A stretch of 64,000 nt of DNA from the human T2T-CHM13v2.0 reference genome, Homo sapiens. Both the position numbers and the translations under genes were made by a program. Under the pieces are notes generated by a model. The model was not told the DNA's origin and ran no database searches. It worked only from the letters and a program-made list of their open reading frames with translations. Every line of letters begins with the position of its first letter. Position 1 is the first letter of the stretch. Shown here piece by piece: positions 37,697 to 50,788 of the stretch. The DNA is taken from assembly GCF_009914755.1 (NCBI RefSeq), contig NC_060925.1, one strand, 5' to 3'.

Positions 37697-39771
37697 GTAA
37701 TTCAGTACCTCCTCCTTTTCAACCTACAGGGGAGATAGTGGAAGAGAAGCAGGGATGGGTCTGCCTTCTGTGCCCACAATTCATTGGAGATTGTTGTGGT
37801 GAAGAATTTCTTTTATGATGAAGGAGAAATAAACTCCCATCAGCTTTAATTCAGGCAGGTTTATTGAAAAGGTGAAGAAGCATCTTGCAGAAGCAAAGCA
37901 TGGCTGAGGCTTGTGGGCTATGTCTGGACAAATGAGCAGCCGACAGTGGCTGATGCTGCCCCTGACTCTGGGGCCATGCGGTCTGTGGTTCTCTGTGAGC
38001 ATCTCTTCTATTCTCTTGCACGTTCCCTCAGCCTGTCAGTCTCTGTGTACTCTTCAACCCATAACTGAGCGAGGCTGTACCAGCCCCAATGCCATGTAGC
38101 ACTTTATGTCAAATTAGAAAGGCATGAAATAAACTAACCCTTTATAATACAACTGTTGGAACAACAGTTGAAAATAACAATATCTTGACTCCTGGTTGAG
38201 TGCTTTACACTGAGCTGTCTTTTCCGAATATGAACACAGACTTGGGGATATTAGTGTCACCTAGCGTTATTAGCTAGTATTCTCCTTTTGTTTCCCCATA
38301 ACATCCCCTCCTCCTTCCCACAGATCCACTCTCCACTCATTTCCATCCTGTCTTATGCCACTTGGGGCTTGTCCCTTCTAGAATGCATCCCTGGCTCCCC
38401 TGTGTGCACACTTGTAGTTAGGTTTAGCAGTGGGGGCACCCGATGGAGCCTGGAAGTGAGAGGAAGGTGAGGTCCGTATTTCTTCCCTCTCCCTCCCTGC
38501 TCTGGCACTGAGTATCTGGCAATAGCTGCATCTGTCTATTACTTCAGTGGCCACTCTTCCACAGCCCCAATTCTCAGTGGGTCCCATAGCATTATTTACC
38601 TTTGTTCCTTTAGCTCCCATCAAGGAAGACCCAGAGGCATTCTCCTCACCAAGGCATTAAGAAATGCATGGGTGAGGGGAACAGCGGCGTGCGTGTAAAG
38701 GTCCTGTGGCACCTCTCCTCTGCAGGCTGGAGGTCATGGCGGGAGATGCTGCATGGATTTGCCCTCCCTGCTGTCAGAACAACAGGGTTCTGGAAGAGTA
38801 GAGGACAGGCCGTGGGACTTGGCTGTCTAGAGACATGGCGGGAGGGATTTCCTTGAGAGGCAGGGACATGTGGTGGTTACTAATCATTGTGAGGTGTCTG
38901 GGATGTAATGGATGGGAAATCTACTAAGAAGTCAACTTATGTAATAATTAGAAAAGCTCTAGTTCTGAGGACAGAGACCTGTTGGAGTCACCATAGTGGG
39001 AATTTTTGACCTGGCATCCAGTTCAGATACCTGGAGCTTCTTGACTGAGGGGAGATTGGATCCCTTGGGGAAGAGTGAAGCCTTCAATGCTGCCACAAGT
39101 GTGATCCGCCCGCCTCAGCCTCCCAAAGTGCTGGGATTACAGGCGTGAGCCACCATGCCCGGCCTCTTTTTTATATTTAAAAAATATCATTTTATATATT
39201 ATCAGGGCAAAAGAGAAAAACTGTATGATTACCTTGTCATACACAGTAAAAGCATTTGGCAAAATTGAAAACTTTTTTCATGATTTATAAAAACAAACCC
39301 CAGAAAATGCTCAGCATGATGAGAACAGAAGGCAACACTTCCAACCCCATTAAGGGCAGATTTGAAGAACCCACAGGTAACATTATATTAAATGGCATAA
39401 GATTGAATGCTTTTCTATTAAATCAGAGAAAAAAGTAGAATACCTGTTGTTACTCTTTTAATTCAGCATTATACTAGAGGTCTAAATCAATGCAATAAAG
39501 TAAGAAAAATTAATAAAGTATTGAAAAGAAAGAATTGAAGCTGTCTTTATTCACAGATAATGACTGTGTTTGTTAACAATGCTAGAAATCTACAAAAATC
39601 TACCAGAACTAATCAGTGAGTTTGGTAGTGTTGCAGAATGTAAGCTCTCAATATAAGTGGTCTTTTGTATTTCTGTATATTAGCAATGAGCATTTGGAAA
39701 ATGAAATAAGAATACAATTTCATTTAAAGTAACATCTAAATACATGTTGTGCTTATAAACAAATTCAACAG

Positions 39772-40088
<317 letters not shown>

Positions 40089-40515
40089 TTATGTAAGGCC
40101 AGTACACCAAAAACTATAAAAAATTGCTTTAAGAAATTATGAAAGAACTAAATTAGTGGGGAGATAAACCTTGTCATGGATCAGAAGAGTTGTTATGTTT
40201 AAAAAGTCAGTTCTTCGTAAATTGATCTCCAGATCCAATGCAATTCTAATAAAAATTCCAACCGGCATTTTGGTAGAAATTTACAAGATGATTCTACCAT
40301 TTATATGGTAATGTCAATGATCAAGAATAATAAAATAGCAATATTATAAAAGAATAATGGTGAATGAATTCACTACCTATTTCCAGAATTACTCTACAGC
40401 TATGAAAATCAAGATTATGTGTTTTGTTGAAAAAAAAAATGGAATATATATCAGTGGAAGAGAAGAGAGAATCCAGAAATAGATACTCACATGTATGTCT
40501 AATTGATTCTTAGGA

Positions 40516-40544
40516 CATATATATATGTATACACACATACACAC

Positions 40545-40586
<42 letters not shown>

Positions 40587-40657
40587 TCACCGTTTTGAAG
40601 ATTATCATCTCCAAATAGGGAATATATATATATATATATTTATCATCTCCAAATAGG

Positions 40658-40706
<49 letters not shown>

Positions 40707-40731
40707 CACACACACACACATATATATATAT
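40516..40731. repeat. Compound microsatellite (TA)n/(CA)n/(GT)n
   Basis: Seen directly. Confidence 0.95.
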
Positions 40732-41105
40732 TGCAATCTGATAAGATAAACAGCACATTGAAACAATTTCTCAAAAGACTTAGATACTTCAGAAAAGAAG
40801 ATACATGAATGGGCAATTAGCATAGGAAAAGATGCTCCACTGTTTAGTCATCAGGGAGATCAATCAGTGCAACAATGAGATACCACTACATATCCATAAG
40901 AATGGCTAAAATTAAAAAGGCTGAAAATAGCACCTGTTGGTGAGGATATAAAGCACTTGGAAGTCTTATACTTGTAGGAATGAAAAATGGTATGGCTCCT
41001 TTGAAAATCTAACAGTTTCTTAAAGGTTAAACATAACACAAATCAGATAGACAGTCATTCCATTCCTAGGAATTTACACACTGTGTCTGCACAGTGATCT
41101 GTATG

Positions 41106-41773
41106 TGTGTTTCCAGACCAACCTGAGGGGCGGGCTGCTATTTCTCATGGCTCAGTAACGAGACACAGATGAACTGGGGAGGAAGAGAGTTTTGACTTCT
41201 GCAACTGGTTACAGGGAAACGGCCTGGAAATTATCACCAGACCAACTCAAAATTGGAAAGTTTTCCTGAGCTAATGTACCTTCTAAGCTATATGTGTATG
41301 TGGAAGTGTGCATTCATCTAAACACATAAATGATTAACTTCTTTTAATCTATAACTAAGTCTGAGTCCTGAAGACCTTCCTCTGGAACCTCAGTTAAATT
41401 CAGTTAATCTAAATGGGTCTAGGTGCTGGGGTCCCTTATCTTGTCTCCTGCTAAATCACAGAGGTTTGGAGAGTCCCTTCAGATCTCCAATAAACTTGTT
41501 TGTGGAGGCCTGGGGAGTTTCTTCAGACCCCCAATAAAACTCGTTTAATACTAAATGGCTCCTGTTAAGAATGCCTTCGTTATTTCGTCATGCTTTAAGG
41601 CCCAGGAAAAACCTAGGCAAAACTCTTGGTGGGCTTTTGTTACATTCCAGCCTTTGTATAAGGGCACTGGCTTCTTTTTTTTTTTTTTTCCTCTTAATAT
41701 TTAATTGAACCACTCAGTCGGTACTGAAACAGTTGTTAGGGAGGCCTGTGTTAGTGAGACCTGGCCTGCCACG
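41106..41773 (-). mobile_element. Solo ERV1 LTR (MER51-like) inserted in an old L1
   Basis: Minus strand starts (c)GTGGCAGGCCAGGTCTCACTAAC; 4-bp TSD TATG; interrupts L1 3' sequence. Confidence 0.65.
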
Positions 41774-42704
41774 TATGGATGCTCATGATAGTTTCTTCAT
41801 AATAGCCCAAACGTGGAATGATAGAAATGTCCAATAATAAGTGAAAGTACAAACATACATGGTATAGCCACACGAAGGAATACTACTCAGTATTTACAAG
41901 ACATTACAGATGGATTTTAAAATTACATTGATGCATGAAAGAAGGCAGACACAAAAGAACACAGGTATCATTTCATTTATAGAAAATGGTTAAAAATGCA
42001 AACGGACCTGAAGTGACAGTGGCTCCTTGGGGCTGAGGGTTGAAAGGCTGATGAACTGCAAAGGGGTACAAGAAACTTTGGGGCATAGGGAATTTCCTCT
42101 ATCTTGGTTGTGGCAGTAGTTCCGTTAGTGTATCCATTTGTAAACGTGCATTGAATTACACATTTTAAAGTGGTGCAGTCTGTTGTACCGAAATTATGCC
42201 TTTATAAAGTTGATTTCATCATCTTAATTTCTCCATACTAGCAATTAGCAGCTAGAAAATGAAATTCAATAAAACATAATAGAGATTAACAGCCAGAATC
42301 ATTACATGCTTAACAATACATGCAATGAAGCAGGTACAAGGCCCCTAAAAGCAATTGGTGAGAAAAATTAAAGAAGGCTAAATAAATATATATCATGTTC
42401 ATTGCTTGGAAGACTCAATTTTGTTAGCATATTACATCAACACAATTCTGCTTAATATTTCTAGTAGGAGATTTTAGAGAAATTTGAAAGCTAGTTTCAA
42501 AATGTATTTGAAAATCAAAGAACCTAGAATAAGCAAGTCGGTATTGAAGAAGCAATAAGTTGGAGGACTTACTCTGCTAGATTTCAAACCTGATTTTAAA
42601 GCTACAGTAATTTTAAAACAGTAGTAATGGTGTCAGTATTCATAAATACATCAAAGTGAAAGAATACAGACTCAAACAATATGCCCACATATGTACAGTT
42701 ATTG

Positions 42705-43512
42705 ATTTTTTTTAGTAGAAACTTTTTTATTCATAAAAAATCCATCAAAACAAAAAAGTTTTCCAGCCACACACAGGAGGGGTATGGGTGGGGGAAGGTG
42801 TCTGTCCATCTATCCCTGGCCCCCAGCCCATGTGGTTTTGGCAGCAATAAGGTGTGTGGAGTAATGACTCCTGAAATTAAAATGGTGTGTGTATGTGAAG
42901 GAAAGGCGGGCAAAGCTGTGGGGAGCGGTGGAGTGGAAGGAACAAAGGAGGTCAGTACTGGGAACGCTGAAGGTGGGAGGCCATTTCATAACATTACTTG
43001 TCGATGAAATTGCCATGGATACCTTCTTTGCCCATCAGCAGGCCTAGCGTCTTGGCAGTCATGGTGACAATGACGTTGAAGGTGGGGGCTCCACCGATGC
43101 TCTTCATACGAAGATCCGTGGTCAATTCCCCATCCTGCAGCAGTGAGTCCAGGACCACAGTATATTTCTGGCCCCCCAGTGTCAGCCCATTCATGACAAA
43201 GCTTGACCAGTCTTTGCCAACCAGGACACCAACCTCAGCTGGCGTGATGTTGAGGAAGGTTTTCCCTGGGACGGCGGCCCAGATGGAAGGCGGGTCCTTG
43301 TTGCCCACAATGGCAGTGTCCTAACAGGTCCCGTCCGCCACGAGGCTGTAGATGGAGGTGTCCACCTGGCCGTTGCGTTGCTGCAGGGGCTCCTCTGGTC
43401 GCTGCTGCTGGGGCCGCCTGGGCTGGCGGGTGGGGGAGGCGGAGAGCTCGATGCAGGTGCTGTCCTCCTCGCCACGACTCTGCTAGCTGTGCAGTAGCCC
43501 TCGCTCCGCCAC
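42705..43512 (-). pseudogene. PFN1P: Processed profilin-1 pseudogene (pseudo-CDS 43373-42952)
   Basis: Intronless [25 protein letters not shown]...[15 protein letters not shown]...[10 protein letters not shown]. Start ATG>ACG (43371-43373), 1-nt deletion, TAG at 43321, TAA at 42994. GC-rich 5'UTR, 3'UTR, AATAAA (~42726) and an A-tail remnant are present. Confidence 0.95.
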
Positions 43513-43514
43513 TT

Positions 43515-43901
43515 AAAAAAGAAAAAAATATATATATATAATATATATACACGTGTTATATATATTGTATATTATGTATATACACGTATTATATATATAT
43601 ACACGTATGTATATACACGTATATATATTATATATATTCATGTGTGTGTATATATTATATATACGTGTATACAGGTATATATGTATATATAATATATATA
43701 CACGTGTATATATATTATATATATATATACGTGTGCCATGTTGGTTTGCTGCACCCATTAACTCGTCATTTACATTAGGTATTTCTCCTAATGCTATCCC
43801 TCCCCCAGCCCTCACCCCATGACAGGCCCTGGTGTGTGATGTTCCCCGTCCTGTGTCCAAGTGTTCTCATTGTTCAGTTCCCACCCATGAGTGAGAACAT
43901 G
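43515..43901 (-). mobile_element. L1PA 3' fragment with expanded (TA/CA/TG)n block at 43527-43730
   Basis: GTGCCATGTTGGTTTGCTGCACCCATTAACTCGTC...ATGAGTGAGAACATGC. Confidence 0.85.
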
Positions 43902-44861
43902 CTTGCACCGCCGCTTCTAAATGTTTTAAAAACAGACACCAATGCCCTTCATTGGGGAAATGAAAGACTTTTAAGTAAAACGATTTTGAGTGAAATAATA
44001 TTTGTTGTTTTAAAAAGTTAATATTAACCACTCTCCATCATATGTTGAAATTATCTTAAGATGTGAAAGTTAAAATTAGAAACCTTGTAAAGGAAAAATA
44101 GGAAATAGTTTCATGAACTTGACACAGGAAAATATTTCTTAGACTAGATACTGTAGCACTCACCACAATAAGAAATCAAGCGAATTGCACTTCATTTTTA
44201 AAAAGCTTCTCCTTATTATGTTGTTGTTTAACAACTTAAACGCTATCTCTAGACCAGGAATAATTATTTGCTATATAATACAGCAAAAAATATGTATGTA
44301 TAAATGGACTCATTCAAAATATATAAAGAACTCCTATTACAAAGAAATTGACAAACAGCCCAGTATATCAATGAATATAAAAATTTGAGAAGATATTTTC
44401 CATAAGAAGATATCTAAATGCACATTAGGCATGAGAAAACCAAATTTTAGGATATCACTACACACCTGGCATAGTTTAAAAGACTGAAAATATTAAGTGT
44501 GTGGGAATGTAGAGCAACTGGAAATGGCCTACATCTTTCATAGAAATGTAAAACAATACAAATACTTTGCAAAACTCTGTCCAACATTTTCTACCCATTC
44601 ACCAAGCAACTCCATCCCTAGCTATAGATACCCAGGAAAATAAGTATGTATCTTCACAGAAATAATTGTATGAGAATATTCATAGTTACTTATGCACAGT
44701 AGTTATCAAGTAAACCTGTCTCCCATCAGAAAAATGGATATCAAATTGTGTGATAATCATACAATCAATAGGATATTACTTGGCCAAAACAAAATGAAAC
44801 AAGGGAAAAACACAATCAAACAAATTAGTGGCATATATACACACTTGAGTAAAGAGAAGTC

Positions 44862-45178
44862 GGCCGGGCGCGGTGGCTCACGCCTGTAATCCCAGTACTT
44901 TGGGAGGCCGAGGCGGCAGATCACGAGGTCAGGAGATCGAGACCATCGTGGCTAACACAGTGAAACCCCGTCTCTACTAAAAATACAAAAAAAGAAAAAA
45001 AAAAAGAAAAGAAAAATTAGCCAGGCGTGGTGGCGGGCGCCTGTATTCCCAGCTACTTGGGAGTCTGAGGCAGGAGAATAGCGTGAACCTGGGAGGCAGA
45101 GCTTGCAGTGAGCCTAGATCGCGTCACTGCACTCCAGCCTGGGAGACAGAGTGAGACTCTGTCTCAAAAAAATAAAAA
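44862..45178 (+). mobile_element. AluY with expanded middle A-tract
   Basis: Alu consensus. Confidence 0.9.
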
Positions 45179-45531
45179 AGTCAAAACAAGAGAACATACT
45201 AAATGATTCCATTTTTTTATTTATGACTTCATGACTACCATTAAGAAAATATAACCTGTTGGGAAACTGTTTCTGCCTTGATGATGTTGTACAGACAAGA
45301 GATAAACAGTGAGGAATGTGCTTAGATGTATTGGGAAAGACACGGGTCTGTGGCATTGTCACAAGGGTACACGAATACTGAGAGTGAATGCTGAAGGAAT
45401 GATCCCCATTGGTGGTGACCCTCAGGTGAGACTAGGGTGCCTGTGTTTCAGCAAAGCCTGGGCAATTGGAATGCAGGGCTCCTAAGATTCCATGACACCC
45501 CCACCTTCTAATTCTGTTATTGCAACTGCAG

Positions 45532-45685
45532 ACGGTTACCTGGCACGCTGGCCACAATCTACCTCACTCTTATCAGAGTCTGAGCTACTGGCAGTGCTTT
45601 CAGCTCTGAGTTGAGGCACCTCGAACCTTGTTTTTGTGGTGAAGGATCCTAAAGTGCTGTGGGAGTGATCACATTTTTCACAACA
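45532..45685 (+). other. Candidate last non-coding exon before the NBPF ATG exon
   Basis: Acceptor actgcAG at 45531 (alternative tatcAG ~45576); donor ACA|GTAAGG, with a second donor AAG|GTAAGA 5 nt downstream; ~100-nt intron to 45788. Confidence 0.55.
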
Positions 45686-45822
45686 GTAAGGTAAGAATTT
45701 CAGTTACTGACATCCCTCAGTCCTGATTAAACCTATTTGATTTCACCAGTTTTTAACCCATCATATGTTTGGGTTTCTTCTCCCCAGTCCCTGACTCCAC
45801 CTCTTCTGCCACAAACGTCAGC

Positions 45823-45997
45823 ATGGTGGTATCAGCCGGCCCTTGGTCCAGCGAGAAGGCAGAGATGAACATTCTAGAAATCAACGAGAAATTGCGCCCC
45901 CAGTTGGCAGAGAACAAACAGCAGTTCGTAAACCTCAAAGAGAGATGTTTTCTAACTCAACTGGCCGGCTTCCTGGCCAACCGACAGAAGAAATACA
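45823..45997 (+). CDS. NBPF: NBPF unit 1, first coding exon (exon 45788-45997, ATG at 45823)
   Basis: Acceptor ttctccccAG at 45787; [10 protein letters not shown]...NRQKKY; donor ACA|GTAAGA. Confidence 0.92.
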
Positions 45998-46544
45998 GTA
46001 AGATCTATAGGCTCACCGTCATGAAAGTGATGAATGATGTCCTGTCTTCTCTCTGAGACACTAAATGCTCTCTCCATCAAAAATAATTTCATCCTTCCTG
46101 TACTTCTAGGAAAACAGAAATGGGTATTTTAACATTTTGTTAAAGTTGGAAGACAGAGGTACCAAAGTATTTAGCAACTTTCCATGTTTGCAATCAGATG
46201 GGGGTGGGACTAGAGTTAAACTCACAGTTATTGATTTCTAACACAGGCACAGAACGACCTGTTTTCTCCAAGAGGCTCAATCATGTTTTCAAGAATCCTC
46301 TCTGTACCATATAAGATCCTGCAGACAAATAACATGTAGTCTGTTGTTCTAAATGTCTAGGACTAGTGAACTTTTATTCAGTTCAAGTTTCTGTTGAGGC
46401 CCAACAGGCAAAGCTCTGTTCTAGTGACTCTGAGGGGAACTTGGTGATAGTACCCAGTACCTGCTCTGAGGGGCTTCAAGAGGAGTCTGCTCCTAATAGA
46501 ACCTGTGCTATCTATAAGTGACAGCATCAAGAGCAGGGAGTAGG

Positions 46545-46871
46545 GGCCGTGCAACATGGCTCACTCCTGTAATCTCAGCACTTTGGGAGGCTGAGGCGGG
46601 CAGAGCACAAGGTCAGCAGTTTGAGACTAGCCTGGGCAACATGGAGAAACCCCATCTCCACTAAAAATACAAAAAGTAGATGGGCATCGTGGCGGGCAAC
46701 TGTAATCACCACTAATCGGGAGGCTGAGGCAGAAGAATCCTTTGAACCCAGCAGGCAGATGTTGCAGTGAGCCAAGATTGCACTATTGCACTCCAGCATG
46801 GGTGACAGGGCAAGACTCGTCAAAAAACAAACAAAACAAAAAGATAAATAAATCAAAAATAAAAATAAAAA
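46545..46871 (+). mobile_element. Alu in the first intron of each NBPF unit (copies at 52897-53223 and 59246-59565)
   Basis: Same insertion site in all three units. Confidence 0.88.
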
Positions 46872-47843
46872 GCAGAGAGTAGCTTGGTGAGAGTGAAGTC
46901 CTGCTTCCTGGTGCACAGGCTCTTGTTCCTAAAGAGGAAGAAAGATCACACCCGAGAATGTGTGGAAGCAGCAGTGCAGTGTGCAAAGCAGGGACCCTCA
47001 GCCTGTCTCCTGGGCTCCATCCAAGTTCCTTGTCTTGTCTGTCCCTCAGTTTCCTCATCTGTTCAGAGGGTACTACAATAATACCTACCTCTGTAAATTG
47101 CTGCAATGAATTACATGAGGCATTTCCTGTCAATCTCCTTGAACATTAATTGGCACAGTGTAAACACTATCTATTAGTTCTTCATTCTGATGTTTCTAAA
47201 TTAACACAAACTAATCTTATGCTGTTTCTAAATTAACACAACGAATCTAAATCTTAATGCTGCCTCTCATACTAATAAAGTATTTGGGCATATTTCCTTC
47301 ATGGCCTTATTGTCTTATGTCTCACACTTTATGCTTCAGATATGATTCTTAAAACCATATCTGAATATTGATTTAAAAATGAAATATTTTTAAAGTCCTT
47401 GACATATTTGTCCTTGAAATACCCAGTAAAAGGGAAACCATCAGTCCCATAGTCCTAGGGACCTTCCCGACTGTACAAGAAATCACTACTTCATGCCCCA
47501 GTGCAGTGTTTTAGAGGAGAGGCTGCAAGGCTTGGGAAAGTGGCCCCGCATTCAGAGTCAGACCTCAGGGGCTGTGAGTTCTGACTCCGCTTCGTTGTGG
47601 TTGAATCATCTTGTCAACTTCCTTGACGCGCCCTTGAGTTTCTCTTTCTTCGTCTTTAAATTTTGGAGGATCAGATGCCAGAAAGTCAGGAGACTGAAGA
47701 GTAAAGATGTGGAAATCCCTGTCTAGACCCTGGTACTGGGGAGAGTTTTGTCCTTGGGATGGACCTGGCTCCTGCCCTGTAGGCAGTGACCACAGCAGCA
47801 TGTCCAGCCTTCCACTGAGGCAGGCGTGTCTGTCTTTTCTCAG

Positions 47844-47946
47844 AGTATGAAGAGTGTAAAGACCTCATAAGATTTATGCTGAGGAATGAGCGACAGTTCA
47901 AGGAGGAGAAGCTTGCAGAGCAGCTCAAGCAAGCTGAGGAGCTCAG
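47844..47946 (+). CDS. NBPF: NBPF unit 1 coiled-coil exon (103 nt)
   Basis: ttttctcAG|AGTATGAAG; [35 protein letters not shown]; donor AG|GTGAGG. Confidence 0.92.
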
Positions 47947-48775
47947 GTGAGGGGAACCCGTAGGGGGAGGCAGGCGGGTAGGTGTGTAGATCTCTGAAGT
48001 ACAGCAGCTCGGCGGGGAGAAGTAAGAATGAAGCTGGGCCAGGGGAAGGGCAGAAATTGCCATGGCAGGCTCATGACACACAAATATTTATCAGAGAACA
48101 AGGATAATAATAAGTTCTGTGTTGCAGTTGTTTCTTAGAGCCTTGTTTTCTCTTTTTCAAACAAGTAATTGTTGAGGTGAAATTTACATAACACAAAATT
48201 CACCAAAGGAGTGGGAACCACCCAGCAGCATTCAGTATAATCAAAATGGTGTGCTATCGCCACCCCACTTACCCTTAGTGAGAATCACCTTCTGACTGAC
48301 TGCGTCTTCTCATTCTTTCACTCAATCAATGTTGCCTTCTTGACCCTGTCATTCTTTTCTTCTTTCATCTTTTCAATTCGCCCCATCTGCACCTGGCCTC
48401 ATTTCTGTACATGACTTTGTATCTAGTGGCCGCAAGATGCACTATGTGTATTTTCACATGGAAATGTCCATGGCCAGAGTGAGGAACTGAAAGGATGTCT
48501 TTGAAATGGAATTAGGAAGACACCTACTTTTGTTTACAGAAGAGAAAGATGAATGGAACATCATCGAGGATCTTGCAGGAGCCCTCTCTGATACAGGGAA
48601 AGCCTGTAGACCATTTTCTGTTCTTTCTCTTGGCCACAGACATTCCTTTCAACATGTGCTGACCTTCTGCTTGAAGGTCTCCTTGTGAACATTGTCTCAG
48701 AAATCTCTGTTGCAATATTTGAACGGATCACTCAACCCTTTCTACTCTTAAATTTTCTCTACCATCTCACCTTAG

Positions 48776-48990
48776 GCAATATAAAGTCCTGGTTCACTCT
48801 CAGGAACGAGAGCTGACGCAGTTAAAGGAGAAGTTACAGGAAGGGAGAGATGCCTCCCGCTCATTGAATGAGCATCTCCAGGCCCTCCTCACTCTGGATG
48901 AGCCGGACAAGTCCCAGGGGCAGGACCTCCAAGAACAGCTGGCTGAGGGGTGTAGACTGGCACAGCACCTTGTCCAAAAGCTCAGCCCAG
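48776..48990 (+). CDS. NBPF: NBPF unit 1 coiled-coil exon (215 nt)
   Basis: ccttAG|GCAATAT; [27 protein letters not shown]...LVQKLSP; donor CAG|GTAAGG. Confidence 0.92.
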
Positions 48991-50040
48991 GTAAGGTGGC
49001 CATAGGCCCTGATGACCCAAAACCCCAGGCTTATGAGAGGCTCCAGACCTCCATACTTTCACAATGACAGTTGTATCAGTGGGGTTTTTTTCTGCTACAC
49101 CTATGTGGCCATGACATGACCAGGACTTCCTGGGTAAGAACAGAGATGGGAAACCCATGGTTTGGAGGTCACAGTATTGCAAGTGTCCCTCCTTCCTTGA
49201 TGGAAGGTGGTCTTTGGAGCAAGAGGCAGCATCTATCTAGTTTTAAAGGACAAGAAGGAGGCTGTGATGGGAGGGCGCTTGTTGGAGTGAAAAGAGCTCT
49301 GGGCTAAGAATGAAGGTTCCCAGGCTGTCTTTTTGGCAATGTTCTTAGTAAGTGTCGGTGAGTGAGTGATTTATCTTTCCAGAGTTTCTCTCTCTCCATC
49401 TGCAAAGGCAGACAAATTGTCTCTTGCAAGGGTCTGAAGCATCCAAATATGGGAACACTTACGAATGCTTTTCAAAATGAGATGAAGCCCCTCTCCATGT
49501 GGTGTTGGAGAAGGCACTTGATGTGGGGGCATTTGGTGGTAGGAAGTGCTTCAGACTGGAGCACTCCCCATGGATAGAATGTCCCTGAATAACACAGCAG
49601 AAGCCACATGGAGGGCCTGTGCAGTCTCATGACGCATAGAGGACTGTGGGACAAGTTTGTCCTCTCCTAAGAGAAAGAATGAGGTTTGAAATGCGAACTG
49701 TGACAGGACACCAAGCCTGTTCCTGGGAATCAGATCTGTGGCAGGATGGGGGAGACAGCTGCCAAAGTCCAGAGAGAGGCTACACAAGCCTCCAGTGATA
49801 TGGGAAGCAAAAGGTCTTTTCAGTATTTGGCCACATCTTGATGGTGGCCCTCCACATCAGAAATGCATTGCCCGATGGACCAGGAAACCATGCCAGGGCA
49901 TTTTGTGAAAGATAAAACATGAGAGTTTTCAGTACAATGCTGAACCATACATAGATGTTCATGTCTCTGTGCACGTTGGGCTGACTGTGCTTGCAGAATG
50001 TGAAGTGGGAAATATCTGAACGAACATTTTGTATTTATAA

Positions 50041-50113
50041 AAAATGACGAAGATGAGGATGAAGATGTTCAAGTTGAGGAGGATGAGAAAGTGCAGAAAT
50101 CATCTGCCCCCAG
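50041..50113 (+). CDS. NBPF: NBPF unit 1 small Olduvai exon (73 nt) with mutated acceptor
   Basis: [25 protein letters not shown]; donor CAG|GTAACA intact, but the acceptor reads tttatAA where unit 3 has tttacAG. Confidence 0.75.
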
Positions 50114-50576
50114 GTAACACTGAATACTCAGGAGCAAGTAATGGGTGGTAACATATGAAAATGTCTAGGAGGCACACCCTCTCTGGCATCTATGGTGGAC
50201 CAAAAGCCCGCATCCCCTTGGCCACAGTATGTGAAATTGAACCCAGCTTAGACACAGGGTGCGGCAGCTGTCGTGTTTCTCTATGTGTGCCAAGTGTCAT
50301 GTCTGTACCATACAGGGATAGCTGAGTCTTCATCCTCCTCAGCTCCTATCTGTCCAGTGCACTGAATACCAGCTGCTCTCTTCCTCTCTGGCTCCCATGG
50401 CAGCCATGGTCTGTTGCAGAGAGAAGAGGATTGCCTGTTTCCTCTTTAAGGGAACCTCCATTTTGCTTTCTGGAACCACTCTCTTAATGCCACCTGTCAA
50501 AACCAGCTAGGACTCCCTGGGGTCCAATCCCTCTGTGTTTAATCTTCTGTCATCTCTGTCCCACCTGGCTCATCAG

Positions 50577-50788
50577 GGAGGTGCAGAAGGCTGAAGAGAG
50601 CAAAGTCCCTGAGGACTCACTGGAGGAATGTGCCATCACTTGTTCAAATAGCCACGGCCCTTGTGACTCCAACCAGCCTCACAAGAACATCAAAATCACA
50701 TTCGAGGAAGACGAAGTCAACTCAACTCTGGTTGTAGACAGAGAATCCTCTCATGATGAATGTCAGGATGCTCTAAACATTCTCTCAG
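50577..50788 (+). CDS. NBPF: NBPF unit 1 large Olduvai (CON1) exon (212 nt)
   Basis: catcAG|GGAGGTG; [70 protein letters not shown]; donor CAG|GTAGCC. Confidence 0.9.

Noticed and set aside
37810-39100. Possible old ERVL/MaLR LTR fragments
   Set aside because: Only vague motif resemblance; no termini or TSD could be fixed.
42994-43308. 104-aa profilin-like ORF as a functional gene
   Set aside because: The true ATG is lost, it is bounded by premature stops, it starts at GTG and it lacks both terminal helices. The + strand ORF at 42998-43324 is only its antisense shadow.
40510-43860. YI/HT-repeat ORFs
   Set aside because: Translations of microsatellites.
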